In this document: one piece after another, positions 27,831 through 39,109 of the stretch
Position numbering within the stretch: position 1 is the first letter of the stretch
Layout of the letters: each line of letters opens with the position of its first letter
Assembly (NCBI GenBank): GCA_937861125.1
Contig: CALMAY010000038.1
Location: 254,921-318,920 of the forward strand
DNA: 64,000 nucleotides
Reading direction: 5' to 3'
Source of the DNA: an uncultured bacterium
GTDB lineage: Bacteria > Patescibacteriota > Patescibacteriia > Magasanikbacterales > UBA922
The notes under the pieces: model-generated
What the model saw: the letters and a program-made list of their open reading frames with translations, nothing else
The model's database searches: none
What the model was told of the DNA's origin: nothing
Made by a program: the position numbers and the translations under genes

Positions 27831-27859
27831 TTGACTTTTATATAAAAACGTGGTATATT
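27831..27859 (+). promoter_or_regulatory. strong sigma70-type promoter with extended -10
   Basis: TTGACT - 17 nt - TATATT with TGg immediately upstream of the -10 (TGgTATATT). Confidence 0.6.
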
Positions 27860-27865
27860 CTATTT

Positions 27866-27927
27866 GATCGTAAGATCACTAACTTTGTTGCTTAGAGCCT
27901 CCCGCAAGGGAGCCTCTTTTGCTTTTT
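27866..27927 (+). ncRNA. candidate ~60-nt small RNA, cis-antisense to the 3' end of the NYN gene
   Basis: It begins about 7 nt after the promoter -10. It ends in a 10-bp hairpin AGAGCCTCCC-GCAA-GGGAGCCTCT (one mismatch) followed by TTTTGCTTTTT. There is no plus-strand ORF. Confidence 0.45.
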
Positions 27928-28667
27928 ATACCTATCTCTCGATACCAACAAATAAAATCATTGATTTTTTGAATATCAAAAATGAGAAGACCTTTACTAC
28001 TCAAACCACCCAATTCTCGCGAAATCTTCCCTGCAGTAGCGAATAACACAACCTTTTTTCCCATAGACATCAATTTTTGGATAGTGTCTGCAAAATCACT
28101 ATCCCCACTCCACAACACAAACACGTCAGCTCTACCCCGCTCACAATCCAACGACATATCAGTGCCGATTTCAACATCAAAATTACATTTTCTATCCTCA
28201 ATGTAGAGTTCTCCTTGTTTATTCATTTCAGAGAATTTGCCATTGAGGTATTCAACTGTCTCACCACTATATTTACGCAATAAAGAATGCTTGATAAACG
28301 GACTGAGTAGCGCAGTGGACTGAGGCGATGAACGTCCCACGTCTATTGAAAATCTCATTATTTTAACTGGTTTTGTTCTAAACAAATATCCGTACTGCTC
28401 TATATCCTTTTTTTCTTTTTCCGAACGCTCATCCCCTTCTAAATAACCACTATAAAAATGAACCGCCTGAACGGTACTAAACGAGTCAAAAAATTGCTTT
28501 AAGCGCTTAATGTCAACGTGCCACCCCAGTTTTGTGCTCCACGGACGAACATTTGCATAATCAATATACATACGAGTAGTACCAGAAAACATATTCTCTA
28601 GCTCTTGTATTACCCGTGTTTTTTCTTTTGCAATATCAGCAATCTTTTGTGTTTTTGGTACAAACAT
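27879..28667 (-). CDS. NYN/LabA-like (PIN-like) domain protein, putative RNase
   Basis: MYIDYANV... N-terminal acidic motif and VFVLWSGDSDFADTIQKLMSMGKKVVLF, characteristic of the NYN/LabA family. Confidence 0.72.
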   Translation of the reverse strand: MFVPKTQKIADIAKEKTRVIQELENMFSGTTRMYIDYANVRPWSTKLGWHVDIKRLKQFFDSFSTVQAVHFYSGYLEGDERSEKEKKDIEQYGYLFRTKPVKIMRFSIDVGRSSPQSTALLSPFIKHSLLRKYSGETVEYLNGKFSEMNKQGELYIEDRKCNFDVEIGTDMSLDCERGRADVFVLWSGDSDFADTIQKLMSMGKKVVLFATAGKISRELGGLSSKGLLIFDIQKINDFICWYREIGIKSKRGSLAGGSKQQS

Positions 28668-28676
28668 ATTGAGACG

Positions 28677-28886
28677 TTAGATCTTTTGATACCTATACTG
28701 ATATCGAATGTTATCCGCAAAAAATTGACCTGGTGAGACTGCTTGGATAAACTGCAAATATACAAACTCAGGTACATCAAAATACTGGTAACTATCACCA
28801 GACACAAACTCAACTATCAACAAAGAATTTTCTTTGTCGTACTGGGCAGTAGATACATGAGACGAGTTGAGAGTTATTTTTTGCAT
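28677..28886 (-). CDS. KTSC domain protein
   Basis: 69 aa; the pattern SSHVSTAQYDKENSLLIVEFVSGDSYQYFDVPEFVYLQFIQAVSPGQFF matches the KTSC domain layout. Confidence 0.7.
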   Translation of the reverse strand: MQKITLNSSHVSTAQYDKENSLLIVEFVSGDSYQYFDVPEFVYLQFIQAVSPGQFFADNIRYQYRYQKI

Positions 28887-29035
28887 ATATCAATATGTTA
28901 CACCATATTAACAAAATAAAAAATGTTTGATATACTTATGTTGTAAGAAGTAAGACCTGTCGCGTTGGGTTACCGGATGGCAACTCGTTAAAGCGAGAGG
29001 CTTTTTTATTTTATGCCAAAAAGACGAATGACTAG

Positions 29036-29055
29036 ATTCCCGACTACTCGGGAAT
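29036..29055 (-). terminator. hairpin downstream of the helicase gene
   Basis: ATTCCCGA-4 nt-TCGGGAAT, 17 nt after the stop. The T-run is displaced (..CGTCTTTTT), so this is a weak call. Confidence 0.4.
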
Positions 29056-29071
29056 GACACTTGGGCGAGTG

Positions 29072-31996
29072 TTACGGCCGTCCATCAGGCCCAAAGACCT
29101 GCGACCAATCCGTCGCATAGATTTCATCAATCAAGCGAATCATCTTTTCGCGCAGTTTTTCTATATCTTTGTCGGCACCCAGGAAGCTCTGACTGCTTTG
29201 ATCATTGAGATAGTAGTAGGTCAGTGCACCGACATCTCCATACGCCTGATAGCTACGGAGTGAACTCACTGCCATTTGATACAGCAGGAGCTGTTCTTTG
29301 TCATGGGCTTCGAGTTTTTTCTTTGGTGAACCAGTCTTGTAGTCCATGATCTCAAGCAGTCCGTCTTCGCGTCTATCGATACGGTCAATTTTTCCAGTCA
29401 CCGTGTATTCACCGAGCTTGATCTTGAACCCGCTCTCGAGAAACAGTGGAATGCGCCAGGTACCATCGTGCTTTTTGTAGTATTCACTCACGATCTCTTT
29501 GCCTTTGTGATAGTACTCTTCGCGCTGTTCTCGACTCTCATACCAATCAGGAATCCACGACTGCTCAAAGAGCGACATCATCTCCTCCACTGTTGGAACA
29601 CTCAGTCCCTCCGTCTTGGTCACTGGTGCAGTGTCAAAGAGTGAACTCTGTGAGATACTGTTGCGTTCACTGAGGAGTTCATAAAACCGCTGGAGCGTGA
29701 GGTGCATACTCTGCCCAAAACTAAAATGTGGACTCCCCTTTTGTGGGATTTTGAGAATGCGCTCGATCTTGTACTGATACGGATCTTCTTCAAAGAGATG
29801 GAGCTGTGAAAATGAAAATGTTTTTGGGAGTTCGTACTGCACTGCCCCTTCTTCACCGCGAACGATATTGACGTGCTGGACTTTGTGGAGCAGCTGTGAC
29901 TCGGTCGGGATCTCGAGTCCGACACTGATAGTCTCAACGTTGAGTTCACTGACAAACTGACTGATCTTTTTTTCACGCACACCACCATAACTTTTGGCAC
30001 TCGTCAGTGTCAGAGTGTGACGTGCACGGGTACAGGCGACGTAGCACAAACGTCGTTCCTCTTCGATATGTGCATCACCACTTGGCAGCATTTCTTTGAC
30101 GAGCCCATCTGGGAGTGCGATCGCGTCCCCGCGTCGACGAGATGGGAATCGGTCAGAGACCATGTTGACGACAAAGACATGATCAAACTCAAGTCCTTTG
30201 GATCCGTGTACGGTCATGATACGAACTGCTCCCGCTGGTGCTTCCTCTTTTGGCAGCGCACCCTCGTCCCCTGATTCGAGCAGTGTTTCGAAATATGCGA
30301 GGAACTGTCGGACATCACACTGTGGATGGTTGACCTCATATTCGTTCATGCGATCCAGAAATGCGCGCAGATGTGCGACAGCACGGACCGCCATCGCGTT
30401 GCCCCGTGCATCTTCGTCTGTGAGATAGGTAAAATAGCCACTGTTCTCAAAAAAGTGATACAGCACCGTCGTCGGACTCTCACTCTTGGCTTCGCTCATA
30501 CCTGCGTGAATCAGTGAGAGGAGTTTGTCACACACAGCAATCGCCTCACCAGTCATTCCACTCTGCGCGACCTGCTTTAGTGCCTCGTAGTATGAGACTG
30601 CTTTTTGTTTAGCAAATGATGCAAAGCTCGTTATATCGTGTTCACTGAGTCCAAACATCGGCAGACGCAGGAGCCGATACACCGCATTGGACTCACGGTG
30701 ATTATCAAGCAACTGTAGATAGGCAATGGTATCGAGCACAATACTCTGACGAAACAATCCACTCGAGGCAGAGTAAAAAAATGGAATCCCACGCTTGCTG
30801 AGCGCCTCCATAAAGCCTTCGGCATGATTGTTGGCACGCACGAGAATTGCAAAGCTATCCCACTCACAATTCTCTGCGGTGCGAATCTCAATCATCCGCT
30901 CCACCACCCCACGCACCTCATCCTCGCCAGTCGGATACGCAACATGCGTTACGACAGACTGCTTAGTGCTTAGTACTGATTGCGTACCTGCTGACACTAG
31001 CCGTTTGTCAATCCCCAGCTTCACTTCCAACCGATCTGGATTGTTGTGCTGCACCAGCGCATACGACGCATCCAAAATTTCCTGACGTGAACGATAGTTT
31101 TCATTGAGCACCACACTCACTGCATCGGGATAGTCTTCTTTGAATCGCAGGATGTTGCTGACACTCGCACCACGAAAGGCGTAGATACTCTGATCATCGT
31201 CGCCCACAACGCATAATTTGCCACTCTGCCCAACGATATGCTTGGTGAGGATATACTGAGCCCAGTTGACGTCCTGAAACTCGTCTACGAGCACATACTT
31301 GAACCGCTTTTGAAGAATTGCGGCGACACGTGGACGCTCGGTGAGGAGCTTGACGCTGTAATACATGAGATCACCAAAATCCAGTGCATTGTGTTTGAGG
31401 AGAAGTTGATTGTATTGACGATAGACTGCGGCGAGCTCCAGCAGTCGTGTTTGTTCATCTTTTGATTCTGCCTCAGCGTCCGCATCAATCGCCATGTTTT
31501 GTGCATAGGTCAGATACTGTTCAGGAGAGATCAATTCATCTTTACATTTGAGGAAATGACGAATCAAGCCATCGAGATGTCGAGATGGGTTACCAATTGG
31601 ACGATAGTATGAAAGACCAATATCATAGACCGATTCACGCAGCATCAACCAGCTATCAATCTCGGTATAGAGTTTGAAACGATTTGGGATCCCCACATCA
31701 AGTCCAAACTCCTCGAGCAGCTCCTGTGCAAAGGCATGAAACGTACTGATGTGCATCTGCGCGTACCCAGTATCAATGAGACTATCCACGCGCTCCTGCA
31801 TCTCAAACGCCGCGGCATCCGTAAAGGTAAGCGCGAGGATCTCCTCAGGTTTCGCCAATCCGTTTTTGACCAAGTAGGCGATCTTTTCGGTGATCACCGT
31901 CGTCTTGCCCGTCCCCGCTCCGGCGACAATCAACAAATGACCGTCGCTATATTGGACGGCCTTTTGTTGGGATGAGTTGAGTGCTCGTTCCCCCAT
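29072..31996 (-). CDS. UvrD/PcrA-family SF1 helicase fused to a C-terminal PD-(D/E)XK (RecB/AddB-like) nuclease domain
   Basis: Helicase motifs AGAGTGKTT, VDEFQD, GDDDQSIYAFRGA, TVHGSKGLEF and VACTRAR. The C-terminus has GKIDRID...LEIMDYKTG (D..D/ExK). Confidence 0.85.
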   Translation of the reverse strand: MGERALNSSQQKAVQYSDGHLLIVAGAGTGKTTVITEKIAYLVKNGLAKPEEILALTFTDAAAFEMQERVDSLIDTGYAQMHISTFHAFAQELLEEFGLDVGIPNRFKLYTEIDSWLMLRESVYDIGLSYYRPIGNPSRHLDGLIRHFLKCKDELISPEQYLTYAQNMAIDADAEAESKDEQTRLLELAAVYRQYNQLLLKHNALDFGDLMYYSVKLLTERPRVAAILQKRFKYVLVDEFQDVNWAQYILTKHIVGQSGKLCVVGDDDQSIYAFRGASVSNILRFKEDYPDAVSVVLNENYRSRQEILDASYALVQHNNPDRLEVKLGIDKRLVSAGTQSVLSTKQSVVTHVAYPTGEDEVRGVVERMIEIRTAENCEWDSFAILVRANNHAEGFMEALSKRGIPFFYSASSGLFRQSIVLDTIAYLQLLDNHRESNAVYRLLRLPMFGLSEHDITSFASFAKQKAVSYYEALKQVAQSGMTGEAIAVCDKLLSLIHAGMSEAKSESPTTVLYHFFENSGYFTYLTDEDARGNAMAVRAVAHLRAFLDRMNEYEVNHPQCDVRQFLAYFETLLESGDEGALPKEEAPAGAVRIMTVHGSKGLEFDHVFVVNMVSDRFPSRRRGDAIALPDGLVKEMLPSGDAHIEEERRLCYVACTRARHTLTLTSAKSYGGVREKKISQFVSELNVETISVGLEIPTESQLLHKVQHVNIVRGEEGAVQYELPKTFSFSQLHLFEEDPYQYKIERILKIPQKGSPHFSFGQSMHLTLQRFYELLSERNSISQSSLFDTAPVTKTEGLSVPTVEEMMSLFEQSWIPDWYESREQREEYYHKGKEIVSEYYKKHDGTWRIPLFLESGFKIKLGEYTVTGKIDRIDRREDGLLEIMDYKTGSPKKKLEAHDKEQLLLYQMAVSSLRSYQAYGDVGALTYYYLNDQSSQSFLGADKDIEKLREKMIRLIDEIYATDWSQVFGPDGRP

Positions 31997-32002
31997 ACAA
32001 CA

Positions 32003-32965
32003 CTACGGCTGCAATGAATCTTTGATCTCGTCCAAACGGTACTGCTCAATCTCACGATCAAAACAGAAGTATCCTGCGTCATGTGACCAGTTATACATAC
32101 CATAATCATAATAGGACGTTACTGGCGAAGTCTGTTTGGTACGCTGTGCCACTTCTCGATCATAACTCATCTGCGCAAATGTCGCACAGAGTTTGTATGT
32201 TGATATACCTGTTACTTCATAAACATACTGTTCTCCTGTCACCAGATCGCGATCACGACGCATGAGTGGATCCACGCCATCAAACACAACATCCAGTGAT
32301 GCGGGCAATACTTTATTCGCACGACTAAACTCATTTTGGATCAATGAATCAATATTTTGCAACATAGAAACGCGTTGATCATCGATACGACGTTCGCGCT
32401 GTTGTTTTGGTGAGCCCATGATGAGAAACGATCCGAGCAGTGAGAGTACAACAAACACAATGGTTGCAATTTCAATACCGCGCAAGACGAGTTTGTTTCC
32501 CTCCTGTTTGACCGTCACGAGGTAATAGTAAAACGCCATACCAGATACCAACAAAACTGATAGTACCTGCAAGAAGAAACGAAGGGTCAAATTACCATTG
32601 AGGAAGCTATACACCACACTAATCATCGTCACAAGCATTACAATTGCAGAGACAAAGACAGTGAGATACATGAGCCATTTGCGCAGACGAAATTCAACCA
32701 TCTCAGGTTCTTGTTTCATCAGTTTTGCCAAATACCAGACACTCCACGCGTACACAGGGAACGCGATAAAGAGAATCGCCACTGGCGTACGAATCATATC
32801 TGCTGGATTGTAATAATATCCTGCCGTATCCAAAATATCAGGAATAAATCTCTGGATAATTGCAAACACCACAATCAACAAAGAGATGGTTGACATGTAC
32901 AATGTCGTGATAGAGAGTGCATGGAGAAAGAAGTCTCTCGCACTGTTTTGTTTGAGTGGTTCCAT
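32003..32965 (-). CDS. DUF5671-like polytopic membrane protein
   Basis: N-terminal ARDFFLHALSITTLYMSTISLLIVVFAIIQRFIPD pattern and 5-6 TM helices followed by a soluble C-terminal domain. Confidence 0.6.
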   Translation of the reverse strand: MEPLKQNSARDFFLHALSITTLYMSTISLLIVVFAIIQRFIPDILDTAGYYYNPADMIRTPVAILFIAFPVYAWSVWYLAKLMKQEPEMVEFRLRKWLMYLTVFVSAIVMLVTMISVVYSFLNGNLTLRFFLQVLSVLLVSGMAFYYYLVTVKQEGNKLVLRGIEIATIVFVVLSLLGSFLIMGSPKQQRERRIDDQRVSMLQNIDSLIQNEFSRANKVLPASLDVVFDGVDPLMRRDRDLVTGEQYVYEVTGISTYKLCATFAQMSYDREVAQRTKQTSPVTSYYDYGMYNWSHDAGYFCFDREIEQYRLDEIKDSLQP

Positions 32966-33060
32966 ATGATTAGTTCATAACCAATAGCACGTAGCCAGTA
33001 GGGCTAACACTAGTGGTGAATAATGAGTAAAAGTACCTATAGCGTACCATGTGTAGAAAC

Positions 33061-33082
33061 AAAAAGAAAGCGGTCACCCGCT
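33061..33082 (-). terminator. intrinsic terminator after the small Cys-rich ORF
   Basis: The minus strand reads AGCGG-GTGA-CCGCT followed by TTCTTTTT, 10 nt after the TAG stop. Confidence 0.6.
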
Positions 33083-33091
33083 CCCCTTTTT

Positions 33092-33235
33092 CTACATATC
33101 ACTGTCAGTGTCTACATCTTCTATCTCTTCTGTATCGATTGCTTTGTCACATTGACAACCGCAACCACCACAGTTGAAACATCCGTCGCAGATAGTATCC
33201 TCTGCGCCGCATGATGAGCATGTTCCCTGGATCAT
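33092..33235 (-). CDS. 47-aa cysteine-rich small protein (9 Cys, acidic tail), absent from the ORF track
   Basis: Hand translation: MIQGTCSSCGAEDTICDGCFNCGGCGCQCDKAIDTEEIEDVDTDSDM. There is an in-frame TAA 30 nt upstream of the ATG. The ORF lies between the atpC terminator and its own terminator. Confidence 0.5.
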   Translation of the reverse strand: MIQGTCSSCGAEDTICDGCFNCGGCGCQCDKAIDTEEIEDVDTDSDM

Positions 33236-33310
33236 ACGAATTGTATGAAAATCTATATGAGATTAGGTACCCCCAATCTTCTCTATAAGTATACCAAAAA
33301 ATACAAAAAG

Positions 33311-33338
33311 CAAAAGAAAAGATGTGGATAAATCCACA
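33311..33338 (-). terminator. intrinsic terminator after atpC
   Basis: The minus strand has a TGTGGA/TCCACA stem followed by TCTTTTCTTTT just after the atpC stop. Confidence 0.6.
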
Positions 33339-33345
33339 CCCTCTT

Positions 33346-33762
33346 TTATCTCTTGTATTTACGAGCAACACCTAGACGAGTCAAGGCTCGTTCGATCTCA
33401 GCCTGCACACGAGCAAACTCAATATCTTCGATATCATGTTGCTGTGCAAGCAACTCCTGAGCACGTGCATGAGCTTTTTCAGCGCGTTCAATATCGATAT
33501 CCTCAGCACGTTCAGCGGTATCCGCGACAACATAGAGCTCATTGGTACTACGCATCTCCAAAAATCCAGTAGAGACCGCGATACCATGTTCTCCGTCAGC
33601 TTTTTTGATCACCAGCTCACCTGCCTTGAGGCGAGAGATCATAGGGATATGATGCGGCAACACTGCAATCTGACCAGTGGAGGTAGGTAAAATTACCTCA
33701 TCCACTGAGTCCTCATAGACAATGCCATCAGGCGTAACAATTTTGAGTAATAATTGAGACAT
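33346..33762 (-). CDS. atpC: F1 ATP synthase epsilon subunit
   Basis: Beta-sandwich N-domain (LKIVTPDGIVYE...) plus a helical C-terminus; last gene of the atp operon. Confidence 0.88.
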   Translation of the reverse strand: MSQLLLKIVTPDGIVYEDSVDEVILPTSTGQIAVLPHHIPMISRLKAGELVIKKADGEHGIAVSTGFLEMRSTNELYVVADTAERAEDIDIERAEKAHARAQELLAQQHDIEDIEFARVQAEIERALTRLGVARKYKR

Positions 33763-33771
33763 AATAAAAAA

Positions 33772-36089
<2,318 letters not shown>

Positions 36090-36156
36090 ATGTTGCGGAT
36101 ATACAGTTGATCCGGATTTACGGATACTAACAACTTAGAAAACTTAGACAACTTCT

Positions 36157-37647
36157 TTACTTCGTAAACTCTTTCATCGCATCTTTGAGACCATTCTCTA
36201 CTTCCTCACCCCACGCACCACCTTTAATTTGTTCAAGCAATGCTGATTTGGTAGTACGCAAGAAATTCAAATATGATGTTTCTTTTGCCCCCACCTCTGC
36301 TGGTTCCACACTGTCATAAAACCCAGCGTTGAGTGCATAAATTGACGCAACTTGTTCTTCCATCTTGAGTGGTGCAAATTGTGGCTGTTTGAACAATTCA
36401 GTAATACGACGACCACGCTCAATTGTTTTCTTTGTATCAGCATCCAAATCACTACTAAACTGCGCAAATGCTTCGAGCTCACGAGCCTGCGCTGATTGCA
36501 ATTTCAAACTTCCTGCCACTTTTTTCATTGGCTTGGTCTGGGCTGATCCACCCACACGTGACACAGAGAGACCTGTGTTGACTGCTGGACGAATACCTTT
36601 GTTAAAGAGTGTAGACTCCAAGAAAATCTGACCATCAGTGATCGAGATCACGTTGGTAGGAATATAGGCAGAGATATCTCCTGCTTGTGTCTCAATAATA
36701 GGAAGTGCTGTAATAGATCCACCACCTGCTTCTTTGGTGAGGTTACATGCACGCTCAAGCAAGCGTGAGTGGAGATAAAAGACATCTCCAGGATACGCCT
36801 CGCGTCCTGGTGGACGGCGAAGAAGCAAAGACATCTCACGATACGCCACCGCTTGTTTACTGAGATCATCATATACTACCAATACATCTTTACCATTGTA
36901 GGCAAAATACTCAGCCATTGTCACACCAGTATATGGTGCGAGGAAACTCATCGGAGCTGGATCAGATGCACCAGCAACCACAACAATCGTATAGTCCATT
37001 GCACCTGCATCTTTGAGTTTTTGCACAACACGAGCAACTTTTGATTTTTTCTGGCCAATTGCTACGTACACACAAACCATGTTTTCGCCTTTTTGGTTGA
37101 TGATAGCATCAATCGCAATCGCTGTCTTTCCTGTCTGACGATCACCAATAATCAACTCACGCTGTCCACGACCAACTGGGATCAACGCATCAATTGATTT
37201 AATACCTGTCTGCATTGGACGATTCACTGGTTCACGTGTCATCACACCAGGAGCGATGCGCTCCACTGGCATATACTCTTTTGTCTTGAGTTCTTTTCCG
37301 CCGTCAATTGGATTACCTACTGCATCTACCACACGACCAATAAGCTCGTCACCTACCGGTACAGACATGATACGATTGGTGCGTTTGACGGTATCTCCTT
37401 CTTTGATATGACGTGACTCACCCAAAATAACCGCACCAACAGTTTGTTCTTCGAGGTTCAAAGCGATACCAAATGTGCCACCAGGAAACTCAAGCATCTC
37501 TTGAGCCTGAGCACGATCAAGTCCATCAATACGAGCAATACCATCTTTTACTTCAATCACTGTACCAATTTCTGAAACTGTTGCTGTCGTATCAAATTGT
37601 GCAATACGTTCTTTGAGTTGTGCAACGATTTGTTCTGTGTATGACAT
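36157..37647 (-). CDS. atpA: F1 ATP synthase alpha subunit
   Basis: P-loop GDRQTGKTA and typical alpha-subunit conservation throughout. Confidence 0.96.
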   Translation of the reverse strand: MSYTEQIVAQLKERIAQFDTTATVSEIGTVIEVKDGIARIDGLDRAQAQEMLEFPGGTFGIALNLEEQTVGAVILGESRHIKEGDTVKRTNRIMSVPVGDELIGRVVDAVGNPIDGGKELKTKEYMPVERIAPGVMTREPVNRPMQTGIKSIDALIPVGRGQRELIIGDRQTGKTAIAIDAIINQKGENMVCVYVAIGQKKSKVARVVQKLKDAGAMDYTIVVVAGASDPAPMSFLAPYTGVTMAEYFAYNGKDVLVVYDDLSKQAVAYREMSLLLRRPPGREAYPGDVFYLHSRLLERACNLTKEAGGGSITALPIIETQAGDISAYIPTNVISITDGQIFLESTLFNKGIRPAVNTGLSVSRVGGSAQTKPMKKVAGSLKLQSAQARELEAFAQFSSDLDADTKKTIERGRRITELFKQPQFAPLKMEEQVASIYALNAGFYDSVEPAEVGAKETSYLNFLRTTKSALLEQIKGGAWGEEVENGLKDAMKEFTK

Positions 37648-37656
37648 ATAAAGAAT

Positions 37657-38046
37657 TTATGAGACAAGATGTGTATGGAGTTTTTGTAATGACTGTTTGA
37701 GACTCGCATCAATATGAAGTGTCTTTGTCTGTGCGGTAAAACCCCCCAGCAGTGACGAATCTTTCACATGTGTGTAGTTCATATCCGCAGCGAGAAGCCT
37801 AACAATTGATTGCAACTCATCATTACTCACATCATGTGCAGTAGTGATCACTGCGATTGGTCCTTTACTCCATTCTTCAGCACGTGCTTGGAATGTCTGT
37901 ACAATTGTTTTCAGCAGATGTGATGCATGTTCCTTGCGGAGATACTCATGAAACACAGAAATTGCTTTGTCGATATCCGCCTGTGCAATGTCTCGTGTCA
38001 GTGCGTAGAGTATATATGCATACTGTGCCACTGTCTTTTTTTGCAT
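37657..38046 (-). CDS. atpH: F1 ATP synthase delta (OSCP) subunit, short form
   Basis: Position between atpF and atpA and a C-terminal LGGFTAQTKTLHIDASLKQSLQKL OSCP-like motif. It is only 129 aa. Confidence 0.7.
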   Translation of the reverse strand: MQKKTVAQYAYILYALTRDIAQADIDKAISVFHEYLRKEHASHLLKTIVQTFQARAEEWSKGPIAVITTAHDVSNDELQSIVRLLAADMNYTHVKDSSLLGGFTAQTKTLHIDASLKQSLQKLHTHLVS

Positions 38047-38049
38047 ATA

Positions 38050-38670
38050 TTATTTCTTGATCAAGGATTGAATATATTTTGTATCAATCTCTTTGGAAAG
38101 AGTTTCTCCCAATACTTTTTGTAATGTCAACACAATCATGTCTGCTGTTTCTTTTTTGATTTCCTCTCGCATATCAGCACGTTCACGTTCAATATTTTTC
38201 TTTGCTTGCTCAATCAACAGTTCAATCTCTTGTTTTGCTTTACCACGAAGTGACTCAGCAAGTTTTTCTGCACTTTCGTGAGATGCTGCTACGATAGCAT
38301 TGGCCTCAATTTTGGCCTCATCAATTTTTTCCTGATATTTTTGTTGACTCATGAGATGATTGGTCTCAATTTCTTTCGCCTTATCCAGACTCTCATCAAT
38401 AAGTTGCTTTCGTTCTTCCATTTTTTTGGTTAATGGTTTGAGAATCAAAAACCAAACAATTCCAAGCACGATTGCAAAGTTGACGAGCTGAAATGCAAAC
38501 AACTGTGCATTGATACCCAGTGACGCTGTAACAGATTCATCTGCTGGTGCACTCATATGAGAAATTGTCTCAGCATGCACTTCTGTTTCTGTTGTGTGTT
38601 CATTTTGAACTTTTGCCATATACATGTAATTGGGAATAACTATACTTTTTACGAAAGACATGGAATCCAC
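38050..38670 (-). CDS. atpF: Fo ATP synthase b subunit (with N-terminal extension; true start may be internal)
   Basis: TM segment LFAFQLVNFAIVLGIVWFLILKPL followed by a long charged helix. Confidence 0.82.
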   Translation of the reverse strand: MDSMSFVKSIVIPNYMYMAKVQNEHTTETEVHAETISHMSAPADESVTASLGINAQLFAFQLVNFAIVLGIVWFLILKPLTKKMEERKQLIDESLDKAKEIETNHLMSQQKYQEKIDEAKIEANAIVAASHESAEKLAESLRGKAKQEIELLIEQAKKNIERERADMREEIKKETADMIVLTLQKVLGETLSKEIDTKYIQSLIKK

Positions 38671-38691
38671 GTCTTCCGTCGAAGAGTATAC

Positions 38692-39033
<342 letters not shown>

Positions 39034-39074
39034 TTATTTTACACAGCATAGCTACGGACTACAGCATTTTTGTT

Positions 39075-39109
39075 AATTGTCACCGGTCAATTGTCAATTG
39101 TTATCAATG
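39075..39109. repeat. period-7 tandem array AATTGTC ACCGGTC AATTGTC AATTGTT ATCAATG
   Basis: Read directly; the array runs into the atpB stop codon. Confidence 0.65.

Noticed and set aside
23497-31996. Gabija-like pairing of the OLD-family ATPase-Toprim protein with the UvrD-family helicase at 29072-31996
   Set aside because: The two genes are ~4 kb and seven genes apart and are not co-oriented as a unit. The helicase is a 974-aa UvrD/PcrA plus PD-(D/E)XK fusion in normal-composition DNA, which looks like housekeeping repair. GajA/GajB are adjacent in known Gabija loci.
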